Positions 12,105-23,128 of a stretch of 64,000 bases of DNA are shown here, piece by piece. The translations under genes and the position numbers were made by a program. Where the stretch lies: contig NC_043006.1 of assembly GCF_006345805.1 (NCBI RefSeq), positions 8,432,001 through 8,496,000 on the forward strand. Direction: 5' to 3'. The number at the start of each line of letters is the position of its first letter. The stretch's first letter is position 1. This DNA is from Octopus sinensis (Eukaryota). A model generated the notes under the pieces. That model searched no databases. It was not told the DNA's origin and saw only the letters and a program-made list of their open reading frames with translations.

Positions 12105-12260
12105 CCGTGTTTCTTTTCTGTGTATCTTTCTGTTGAAGAGCGTAGGCTCGAAACGTAAAAGACTTCTTTTATTTATATTCCTGAGCGCCATACTAATACA
12201 ATTGTTTGTTTGTATTCCACCTGCCTTCCCCTTTTATTTATTTTCATAAAGCTCCCCGTT
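12105..12260 (+). mobile_element. pLTR-like mini-element
   Basis: Near-identical to 57474-57630; ends at (TA)n. Confidence 0.7.
12125..12162 (+). ncRNA. minimal type I hammerhead ribozyme motif, CUGUUGA core variant
   Basis: tcttt-CTGTTGA-a-GAGC-gtag-GCTC-GAAAC-GTA-aaaga: 5-bp stem I, 4-bp stem II, predicted cleavage after 12157. Confidence 0.7.
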
Positions 12261-12271
12261 ATATATATATT

Positions 12272-12323
<52 letters not shown>

Positions 12324-15064
12324 ATATATATAGTCTGTAGTAAAATAAAGAAGCAGTTGGTTCGACTTCCATTTGTACTTCAATAACCGTAAGAAAATCT
12401 ATACTACAATATTGTCCTGCCAAAACCTTGCGTTCCTTGCTTATATGTATGCTGCTCGGTACCATTCGGTGTAGTGTTACTACTAGAAGCTACCGAACCC
12501 ATTGTGAGGTTTCGTCGTCAGCTGTTGAAAATGTTGTCATCTATCGGAAACTGTATAAGAAAGTAATAGGTAATATATTATAAATATGACAATGATTCCG
12601 GGCATAAATTCTGTCCTATCAGCTTTTGAGTCTGTAGGTGCTAAATATTTAGTTCTATATACAAACGATTTTCGAAGCAACAAAATGAGGAAACTGACGA
12701 ACAGTGTGGCCTGATGCGAAAGTACTGAACAAGAGAAATCCGTGCATTTATGATTGATTTTTTTCGTATTATTTCAGATGACAATCAATATTTGATCAAT
12801 TAAGCAGATATCGCTTTTTTATTCTCAGATTATATTCCTGAAACATTAATTATCGTTTTGGGAAAGCGAAAGAGAATGAATTCATTACGAATACATCTGG
12901 CAAAACGATCAAATTCTGTTTGAGAAGCATAAGTGAATCTGATACATGTTAGTTACAACAAATTCATTCAATACGATCTGGAAGGAAATATAAGAACTTT
13001 GTCAACTCACCAACTGTAATCCTGCATTTTAGACAGTAACCATATATAGTTCAAAGAATTAATGGTAGATATAGCTCTGTGCTACTTAACATCTAACATA
13101 TTTAAACAGCTCTATGTCTATTAAGCATTTCCACTTTGCAGGCTTCCGAAACTTTAACCATGCAAGAAAAAAAGAAATAAAAATCAGAAAGAAAGTAAAA
13201 TATATAAAAAAAAAATTAATTGATAGCTGGAATGGATGACTGCAAAAAATTAATTGATATATAAATACAAAAGCTTATGGAAACTATGAAATGTATAATG
13301 AATAATAAGTAATCTATATATTTGTAGGAAATGCTTCCAAAAGAAATCAATAAGGCTCGACTATTTCCTGTACAAAATCGAGTGAGACTAATTGTATGTA
13401 TGTATGTATGTATGTATGTATGTATGTATGTATGTATGTATGTATGTATATATGAATGTATGTATGTATATATATATACACATATATGCATGTGCGTATG
13501 TTTCTATCGTGAATACATACAAAGCTACACGCACACACACACACATATATATGTGTGTATATAAAATGGCAGGTCATGCACTTAAATTTAAAATAAAAGA
13601 AAATGTTTTATATAAACAAGCAGCTTCATTATATATCAATAAATGCATTCTTATATGACCAAAAATCGATACTTAGAGATGAGTTATGTACTTTTATATC
13701 GAAAAATTTCTGCTAAATATGATAATCAACTATCTGTTTATTTATGTAAATATACGATGTGCCTGTCAAGGTACCTATCTACGAACTTACCGATATGTAA
13801 CTTAACTTACGAGGATTCATTAATCTAGGAGTGTGCTAGGTGAATTTGTACCAAAGCAAAATATAAGTTAAATGTAAACATACTCAGATATGAGTAAATA
13901 AATACGCGATCTCTAAAAATAACAAGACACCATGTACTTTTACTATATTCTTGTCTTAACTTTTTTCGTTTTCTTAGTCACAAGAGAATGCAACTTCTAT
14001 TTCAGCATCGTGGTTACAAAACGCTAGTTAATTTTGAGAGGAATCGCATCGAAGGTAAACATGGTAAATCAAATATTTGCCAGTCAAAAATATTTGTAAC
14101 CTACAGCTGTACGATTATAATTTAAGAGAATTTGGTTGATGAAATGAGGTGAAAAGCAAAACAAATCAAAACAAAATATATTTGTTATGAAGAATGGAAT
14201 ATGAATTCAGTAACTGAGATTATCTTGGATTTCTTCAGGGAATCTTGTTGGAATCTTCTAGAAGATTTTTGGAATTAATGTTTTGTTCATTCTACAGAAT
14301 ACCGAATACCTTGAAGCATTAAGCCTGCTTATCATTAAAACATAGAAATGCACTCTCACATCTATGGAATGGTGAATATCTTGAAGCGTTAAGGATGCCT
14401 AGCATCAAAACATAGAAATACTCTTACACTTACGCTCGCTCTCTCTCTCACGCGCACACACACACGCACATCCACACATAAACACACATATGCATACATA
14501 CATCTGTATATTTATTTATATGTGTTATTAGGGCTTGTGCTAAGTGGACTCAAGCTGGCGGCGTTATCAACCATGGTTATTCGCTTAATATCTCTGATGT
14601 TGAAGGACCTGAAACGCACAATGCCTCCAGGAAGCATAAATGCTGATATCTCCAGGTAGATACCATTATGGTGTAAGGGAAAATCCAGTTTATGTTTACA
14701 TAAACATTTAAGTCAGGATAAGTGATTTGAGCTAGATATTAATTTAGTCTGTCTACCTGAGACGATATACTGTGCTGTTTCATCTATTCCGTTTGTTACT
14801 GCAATGTGGTCCTTGATGGTTTTCCATCGTGCGACACTGTTTCATGGCAAGAAGCAGGCATATTCTGTAAACTTCAAATGGGGTGGGGTTCAGGTGCGTG
14901 GCACTGATCGTGACTTTCGCGGTTCCTCCGAAACGCGAAGGGTTGCGCAAAAAAATTAACGAGAAAAGAAAGGATAAATAAAAATTAAAAAAAGGAAATA
15001 TGACACAACTCTTAGCTATTAATCATGTATACAACGGTGCAAAAATGAACCACCTTATGTCTTT

Positions 15065-15817
15065 ATTATATAGGTGCGTGTGTATACATACGTACAAACA
15101 CACACACACATGTATATATATCATGCCCCAGCGTGACCACAGCTTTAAAGTTGAAGCAATTTAAAGAGTATATATATGTGTATATATACATGCATATATG
15201 GGTACAGGACATCAAAAATATATTATTTGAAAATTCCTCTGAACTGAGATGCTCAAATCCAAATGTCGGTCAAAAAATCCTAATCAAGAAATTTCCCACT
15301 TCCTTCATCTCAACGATTGCTAGAATATTTGTGATTTTCTATAATTTTCCTTCCTTTTATATTTTTCCTTCCGTTTCTTCCAAATACATTTAGTCCCCAC
15401 TCAAATTCCTCCCCCACATCATGAGACATACACACACATGCGCATATGTTCTGAACAACGGATCGCCTACAGCTCACCTCGTATTCTTTCTGATGTGGAA
15501 TTAGATTTAAGGGACAAGATGACATAGCCATAAATAACGATCACTTCTTGAATACCCAGTGCTAAGAGGCATTGGGTACTGTTTTGAACATCTCGCCTCT
15601 AACTATCTACAGTATATACATAACTGTATAATAGCAATTTCACTTTCCTCGTTGTTAATTATATAGGTGCGTGTGTATACATACATACGTACAAACACAC
15701 ACACACATGTATATATATCATGCCACACCATGACCACAGCTTTAAAGTTGAAACAATTTAAAGAGTATATATATGTATATATATATACATGCATATATGG
15801 GTACAGGGCATCAAAAA
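15065..15817. repeat. ~155-bp direct duplication (15065-15217 and 15658-15817)
   Basis: attatataggtgcgtgtg...tgaccacagctttaaagttgaa...catatatgggtacagg.catcaaaaa occurs twice, ~593 bp apart. Confidence 0.9.
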
Positions 15818-16084
15818 CGTTCAACGCAATGAGAAACGAAAACATAAAAACAAAAACATAGAAACGAACTTTTTTTCAAGCAACGTGTGTGTGTGACTGT
15901 GTGTGTGTGTTTGTGTGTCTGTGAGCATGCATGTGTATACACACATACAGACACATAACTATGCATCATTGTATGTAAGAATGTATAGGAAAGATTCAAC
16001 ACAACGTAGGGTGCAATTGAAAGCTATAGGAAATATTAACAGAATTGTAAACACACAAAAGAAAGTGAAAATCCAATTTGTGTC

Positions 16085-16420
16085 TGATCCAATAAATAGA
16101 AATGGTTTTGAATTATTTATGGGAAAATTTGCATCCCTGCGTTTATTATGGAGAGTAAATTTCATCAATAATGCAATAAAAAGAATATTATTTATGGAAT
16201 ACTTTATGAACGACACGCCTGACGAAATTACATGAAGCTCTGTCTTTGTTTTTATGACAGTAAGTCACGTTCCAGAACTGCACTGTGTAAACAATATTAC
16301 TTCTTTTAGTTTCTCATGCAACTGTACGAGTGTTACTTAGCTTGGAAATGTGTTGGTGAAGCAGATCAATGATTTTGATGAATTACGATTGCCTATCATA
16401 TTATCAAAATCTATTTTGCT
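16085..16420 (+). other. diverged paralogous block, copy 1 (possible first exon or enhancer)
   Basis: Colinear with 33375-33750; identical tttttatgacagtaagtcacg and gatcaatgattttgatg. Confidence 0.6.
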
Positions 16421-17052
16421 TGCTTTACTAGTTAGCGCTTCAGGCGTATCTTTTCAGTTTCGGCTTGCTCTGGGATGTTGAATAATTCATTGCTCAGTAT
16501 GGCCACACGTTCATCTGTATATTATATTTCAATATATAAACTTCACGTTCATATTTACGCACGGATTACTAATCATTTTATTCTGTTTTAAACTTTGTTT
16601 TTTTTGGGGTTTTTTCTTTCCAGTATCTGTAGAGGGTAAAATTGCTTATCGTGTTTGTATTTTACTTTTTATGAAATTAAAGGCAAAAACTTTTTGAGTC
16701 TAATACACAAGAGTTAGGTCTAGACAGAAATAAATATTATAAGATTTTTTTTCTTTTCTCCGTCTCAGTAATAATTTCAAATATAATCTCATTATTGGAC
16801 GTCTCTGGAGTGAATGAATATCAGTAATTCCTAGAGTTTTGTGTACAAAGAAGTTCAAGCGTACATATTTAACTGCAGTAATTTAGCTCTAACTTGGAGA
16901 ACTTCAGCGCTATCTATCTACTATATCGGAAAATGGATTTAGAAATCTCTCCCTCTCTCTCTTTCTCTCTCCCTCTAAATTTTCCCTTATGAGGTTTTTC
17001 ACGCTAAGTACTTGATAATTCCTTATAAAGAATTTATCCTATCTTTAAATTG

Positions 17053-17083
<31 letters not shown>

Positions 17084-17092
17084 TTGTGTGTG

Positions 17093-17325
17093 TAGGCGCA
17101 GGAGTGGCTGTGTGGGAAGTAGATTGCTTACCAATCACATGGTTCCTGGTTCTGTCCCACCGCGTGGGACCTTGGGCAAGTGTCTTCTACTATAGCCTCG
17201 GGCCGATAGAATAAGTACTAGGCTTACAAAGAATAAGTCCTAGGTCGATTTTCTCGACTAAAAGCGTTGCTCCAGCATGGCTGCCATCAAATGACTGAAA
17301 AAGTAAAATGAGTAAAAGAGTAAAG
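17093..17325 (+). mobile_element. SINE family A with internal deletion
   Basis: Head taggcgcaggagtggctgtgtgg joined at ccga (17203-17206) directly to tagaataagtact of the 3' half. Confidence 0.85.
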
Positions 17326-17347
17326 TATATATATATATATATTCTTA

Positions 17348-17380
<33 letters not shown>

Positions 17381-17385
17381 CTCTA

Positions 17386-17465
<80 letters not shown>

Positions 17466-17683
17466 AATTGCCAAACGAGTGTGGTGTCCCACACGGGACA
17501 GTGATATTGGCAGTGCTACAGCCCGAGGAAAACATCTCTTCTAACTGGCCAACGATATTCTGTGTGCGATTAGTATTTGCGAGGGGGGAGGGCATCGTTC
17601 CCATCTCTAGCCTTGCATGATACACACGGACTCCAGTTTGTGTGGGGCTATAAACGTCGGGACCCCACACTTATTTGGCAATT
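17466..17683. mobile_element. MITE-like element, ~30-bp imperfect TIRs
   Basis: aattgccaaacgagtgtggtgtccc at left vs gggaccccacacttatttggcaatt at right; TSD unclear. Confidence 0.55.
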
Positions 17684-17849
17684 GCTACTGTTTACATCTC
17701 GCTCGGAGATTTGATATAGCTATATATATTTGTGTGTTTGTGTGTGTGTATGTGTGTGTGTGTGTTTGTGTGTGTATGTGTGGTGTGTGTGTGTGTGTGT
17801 GTGGTGTGTGTGTGTGTGTGTGTATGTATCTATATATATATATATATAT

Positions 17850-18005
17850 CTACTTGTTTCAGTCATTTGACTGCGGCTTAAATGGTTTTTAGTCGACGAA
17901 ATGGATCCCAGGACTTATACTTTGTAAGTTTATTACTTATTCTCTCGTTCTCTATTGCCGACGTAAACACACCAACATTGATTATCAAGTGATGGTGGGG
18001 TGTAT
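17850..18005 (-). mobile_element. SINE family A, 3' half
   Basis: acttgtttcagtcatttgactgcggc...ggacttata...acttattct. Confidence 0.75.
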
Positions 18006-18042
18006 AGACATACATACATAAATAGTTATATACATAAATATG

Positions 18043-18078
<36 letters not shown>

Positions 18079-19025
18079 AATATTTACACAATCTCTCTAT
18101 CTCTGACTCTCTGTCTGTCTGTCTGTCTCTCTCTCTCTTCCTTCCTTTGTCTATCTCTTCTTTTCTACTAAGTACAACAGTTCACTGCCAGTGTGTTCAG
18201 TTGGCCATATATATATGCTGATTTCTCATCCTAAAGTCTCCTTCATGTGAACTGTCTAACCTGTTGTGATAAAGATTTTGCACAGTAACCTGTTGGCAGC
18301 AAATATTGATGGAAAATGGAAATTTTTATCCAGCTCATTACCTCCATAGCACCTATTGGGATCAAAAAACAAAAAAATCATTAAGAAGGATGGTAAGGAA
18401 CAAACTATTACTAAAAACTAATAATTTTTTTTTGTATACTTGTCTTTTGTTGCTCTTAGATTCATGAGCTTGTATTGTCTGAATCACTATTTGTTGGTGT
18501 AATGAGCAAAGAAAAGATTAATCTATGAAGAATTTAGGCAATTTTAAGTTTATATTCCTAGTAAAATCATAGAATTTATAACAGAAAGAAAGCTTAACTA
18601 TTGAGTTCTATTGGATGTTTTTAGAGAATCTGACATATCACATCATGTTTAACATTCTCTCTTGACTATTTCCTTTTGACAGTTTGACTACCTTTTTAGG
18701 TGTTTGAGTGCTAGCATTTCCTTCATTTGGGTGTGTGTATATGCACACACACACACACACACATACACAGAAATTGTTCCAAACCAATTAATCTTCACTT
18801 TGCTAGTAAGAAAAGTATGATGAAAAAAACATGAGGTTGTATCTATGTTTCTGTGGATCACTGGATCTTTATCTGCTCCCAATAATTTGATCAAATAACA
18901 AAATCCCTCTCCCTTCTCGTGTCTCATTTACTCTGTGACTTAGTGGTGTACAGAAATATGATTTATCCACTCCATGTTCGCATTACCGGTTTCTTCTGCT
19001 ATATTGTAAACTATTAAGTATCAAA

Positions 19026-19423
19026 TAGGCGCAGGAGTGGCTGTGTGGTAAGTAACTTGTTTACCAACCACATGGTTCCAGGTTCAGTCCCACTCCGTGG
19101 CACCTTGGGCAAGTGTCTTCTACTATAGCCTCGGGCCGACCAAAGCCTTGTGAGTGGATTTGGTAGACGGAAACTGAAAGAAGCTCGTCGTATATATATA
19201 TATATGCGTGTGTGTATTTGTGTGTCTGTATTTGTCCCCCTAGCATTGCTTGACAACCGATGCTGGTGTGTTTATGTCCCCGTTACTTAGCGGTTCGGCA
19301 AAAGAGACCGATAGAATAAGTACTGGACTTACAAAAGTATAAGTCCCGGGGTCGAGTTGCTCGATTAAAGGCGGTGCTCCAGCATGGCCGCAGTCAAATG
19401 ACTGAAACAAGTAAAAAAAAAAA
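19026..19423 (+). mobile_element. SINE family A, full length with internal (TA)/(TG) microsatellite
   Basis: A box tggctgtgtggtaag, B box ggttcagtccc, ccttgggcaagtgtctt central motif, tail ggcggtgctccagcatggccgcagtcaaatgactgaaacaag + A-rich end. Confidence 0.92.
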
Positions 19424-19962
19424 TTTATATATATATATATATATATATAATAGATAATAAAACGAATGGTTTACACCTGGTAGCTGACTGGTAAAGCACG
19501 GTCACTTTCAGAGTGATCGTTAGGTAAATGCCAAATGAAATACACGTTGGAATACACGAGAGTATATTATTAATAACAACAATTGTTTCGACATATCTAG
19601 CATCGATTCCTCTTGTGGGACACACAAAAACTGGTTCGTGAGTATCCGGTGGTGCAGACGTATCTCGTCGGGTGATAAATAAATTTTAAAAAACTCGTTA
19701 AAATGACTGTTCTATAATGTAACTTTCCGTTTTGTAGAGAAAACTTTCTAGGTGCAATCCAACTGTCAGTTATGACCGAAAGCGGCGGGGGGGGGGTATC
19801 AGCAATATGTACAGTCCAAGAATCGAAGTGTATGTAGAAATTTAGCTTCGAGCAATCAGTAGTGAAAATATATATAAAAAATACAACTTTCAGGAACGAT
19901 AGTTTATTGAGATGGGAACAAAAATCCATTAATTGTAAATAATGAAAATAATCTAAATAATG

Positions 19963-20009
<47 letters not shown>

Positions 20010-20230
20010 TGTACTTTTGTGTCTGTGTTTGTCCCCTCACTATCTCTTGACAACCGATGTTGCTGTGCTTGCATAACCCCCGCAACTTAGCGGTTCCGTA
20101 AAGTAGACCGATGGAATAAGTACTAGGGTTACAAAGATTAAGTTCTGGAGTCGATTTGTTCGACTAAAGTCGGTGCTCCAGCATGGCTACAGTGAAATTA
20201 CTGAAAGAAGTAACAGAATAAAAGAATATA
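20010..20230 (+). mobile_element. SINE family A, 3' half starting at (TA)n
   Basis: gtttgtcccc...ttgacaaccgatg...ggtgctccagcatggc...ctgaaagaagtaa. Confidence 0.8.
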
Positions 20231-20261
20231 TATATTGATGTGTGTGAATATATATATATAT

Positions 20262-20313
<52 letters not shown>

Positions 20314-20407
20314 TAATTTGAATAAGGGTAGAAATTGATATTAATCAATTAAAACCAGTGGCCTAGCATATTAAAAAAATCCGAAGATTAAAATATTTTT
20401 TTACACA

Positions 20408-20697
20408 CAAAATTTAAAGGGCTGGACCACAAAAAGTGGACGGTCAACATGCTAGATATAGACGTCAAAAACGCAATTTTCCACGAAGAATGTGTTCTCA
20501 AAAAAAAAAAAAAACTCAGCACAAACCAATGCGTAAAAATAAGCAAGACAACTGAAAATATATATTATTTCGTTTATTTTCATTTGTCTTGCTTATTTTA
20601 TACGCTTGAGAACACATTCTTCGTGGAAAATTGCGATTTTGACGTCTATATCTAGCATGTTGACCGTCCACTTTAATGGTCAGTCCTTTAAATTTTG
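20408..20697. mobile_element. foldback/MITE-like element, ~90-bp outer arms plus inner arms
   Basis: caaaatttaaagg...gtggacggtcaacatgctagatatagacgtcaaaa..gcaattttccacgaagaatgtgttctcaa and its reverse complement at 20606-20697; TA-rich flanks. Confidence 0.85.
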
Positions 20698-20715
20698 TAT
20701 ATATATATATATATA

Positions 20716-20921
20716 AATTAATAAATAAAATATATGCATACATACATACATATATGTACGTACCTACATCTACATGTATATATACATGCATATATAAATA
20801 TATATATATATGTGAGGTCCTTACTCACATATATTATTTATATATGCATGTACATATATACATGTAGATGTAGGTACGTACATATATGTATGTATGTATG
20901 CATATATTTTATTTATTAATT
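20716..20921. repeat. near-perfect foldback of low-complexity DNA, 7-nt loop
   Basis: ~100-bp arms around tgtgag-gtcctta-ctcaca (loop 20817-20823). Confidence 0.9.
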
Positions 20922-20963
20922 CATTGCATGACTGAGCGCCCTCGCGTCGTTTATATATATATA

Positions 20964-20992
<29 letters not shown>

Positions 20993-20995
<3 letters not shown>

Positions 20996-21226
20996 TTCTT
21001 TACTGCCCACAAGGGGCTAAACAAAAGGGGACAAAACAAGGACAGACAAACGGATTAAGTCAATTACATCGACCCCAGTGCGTAACTGGTACTAATTTAT
21101 CGACCCCGAAAGGATGAAAGGCAAAGGTCGACCCTCGGCGGAATTTGAACCCAGAAACGTACCGGCAGACGAAATACCGCTAAGCATTTCGCCCGGCTGC
21201 CAAAGTTTCTGCCAGCTCGCCGCCTT
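20993..21226 (-). mobile_element. SINE family E, tail type 1
   Basis: Full colinear match to family E. Confidence 0.9.
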
Positions 21227-22059
21227 AATAAATAACGATCTCATATGTATAATATTGTTGCATCTCAAGAGGGTTTTTTTCATTTTTTCATATTTTATGC
21301 ATATATATATATATATATAGATATATAATATAATATATATACACACATAAATATATTGTATATATATAATATATTATATATATATTATATATATATATAT
21401 AATTATATATATATATATATTGCTAAATAAACACAACCACTATATATATATATTATATATTATACTTTTTCTTCATCGTTAATTACTGTGTTATTTATTA
21501 TTTTATCGCCCGTCTATTGTTCGCAATTATTTCGTCACACATCTACGAACACTTTTCATTACAGTATGTGTCCTCCACTCACTCCATTTTGTTCTTCCAA
21601 GATGTGTATCCGTATGTGGGCATGCGTTTGTGTACTTGTTTACGTCTGTGTATGTGTGTGTTCGCATATGTGTGTATGCTTTTTTGTGTGCACCATAGTT
21701 TTTAGCAGCGGTGTGGCCTTCCCACCAACCCCAACCTCTCACCACAGGATGATTTTACTATCCTAAGACGAGAGAAGTTTAAATGGAAAGTACAGTTCCT
21801 GTATTTCTCTGTGTATATGCGTTCATCCACGGTGTTGCCCTCTTGGTAGTCGTTGCTCACCGTGTTAGTTATGTTGTTGTTATCATATTGCCGTCCATGA
21901 GGTTACATTTGTGTGTGTGTGTATAGGTTCGCTTCGAATGTATCCAAGTGCTTTATATAAATTTTGTGTATTCATTTTATCTATCTCTGTCATACAGGTA
22001 TGTGACAGATGTATTTATATATTCGTTTATTTATGTATTTATATTATTCTTTTATTCTT

Positions 22060-22365
22060 TTATTCTTTTACTTCTTTCAGTTATTTACCTGCGGACATGC
22101 TGGAGCACCGCCATTAGTAGAGTAAATCGAGCTCAGGATTTATTCTTTGTAAGCCTAGTACAAATTCTATCTGCTCTCTTTTGCTGAACTGCTAGGTTAC
22201 GGAGACGTTAACACATCAGCATCGGTTGTCAAGTGATGTTTGGGGGACAAACACAGACAAGCAAACACACCACACCACACACAAACACACAACACACACA
22301 CAACACACACACACAAACAAAACACACACACACACACACACAACACCAGAAACACACACAACATA

Positions 22366-22403
<38 letters not shown>

Positions 22404-22657
22404 TTAAAAAAGGAGATGTGGGACACAAGTTGTGATATATAAAAAAGGAAATGAAGAAAATGGTGACAAAGTAATTTAAGTAATTTAATTAGGTGAAAGT
22501 TCTTTTTACCGGTTGCGCATTTGTTATGCTTATCAACATATATTTTTTAAAGAGAGATTAGAGTTCCTTTAACAAATGCGCAACCGGTAAAAAGAACTTT
22601 CACCTAATTAATTCTTAAAAATTACTTAAATTATTTTGTCAGCATTTTCTTCATTTC

Positions 22658-22697
<40 letters not shown>

Positions 22698-22870
22698 TAT
22701 ATTCACACATATAAAACTTGCTTCTTTTAGTTTCTCTCTACAAAGTACACTCAAAAGGGCTTTGATCGGCCCGATGCTACAATGGAATACACTTGCCGTG
22801 GCTGCCACGCAGTGGGACTGAACCACAGGTTTGGGAAAGAAGCTACTGACCAATCAGCCACATCTGCATG
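22060..22870 (-). mobile_element. SINE family A interrupted within its internal microsatellite
   Basis: 5' half at ~22730-22870 and 3' half at ~22060-22265 in correct order and strand, separated by expanded (TA)/(CA) and the 22444-22661 hairpin. Confidence 0.65.
22444..22661. mobile_element. foldback/MITE-like element, ~85-bp arms
   Basis: aaaggaaatgaagaaaatg...aattaggtgaaagttctttttaccggttgcgcatttgtta mirrored at 22571-22661; TA at both flanks. Confidence 0.85.
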
Positions 22871-22874
22871 TTTT

Positions 22875-23020
22875 CTTTTCTGTTTCAATCATTTGACTGC
22901 GGCCTTGCTGCAGCACCGCCTTTAGCCGAATAAATCGATCCCAGGACTTATTATTGTAAGCTAGTACTTATTCTATCGGTGTGTGTGCCGAACGCTAGGT
23001 TACGGGAACGTTAACACAAC
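22875..23020 (-). mobile_element. SINE family A, 3' half
   Basis: gtttcaatcatttgactgcggcc...gcaccgcc...gtacttattctatcgg. Confidence 0.75.
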
Positions 23021-23128
23021 AGATAGACTCATATTATATATATATATATCTATATATATATATATATCATACATATATATATATATATGTAATATATATA
23101 TGTATATAAATATATATATATATATATA

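Noticed and set aside
13328-13381. 54-nt AG..GT-bounded candidate exon
   Set aside because: Open in two frames but with no recognisable domain; such signals arise by chance without RNA data
15903-16235. CUB-domain-like ORF (VKIQFVSD...GFEL)
   Set aside because: Frame is not preserved in the paralogous block at 33375 and lacks the CUB cysteines
19575-19615. Hammerhead-like GAAACAATTGTT on the minus strand
   Set aside because: No recognisable CUGANGA core or stem II
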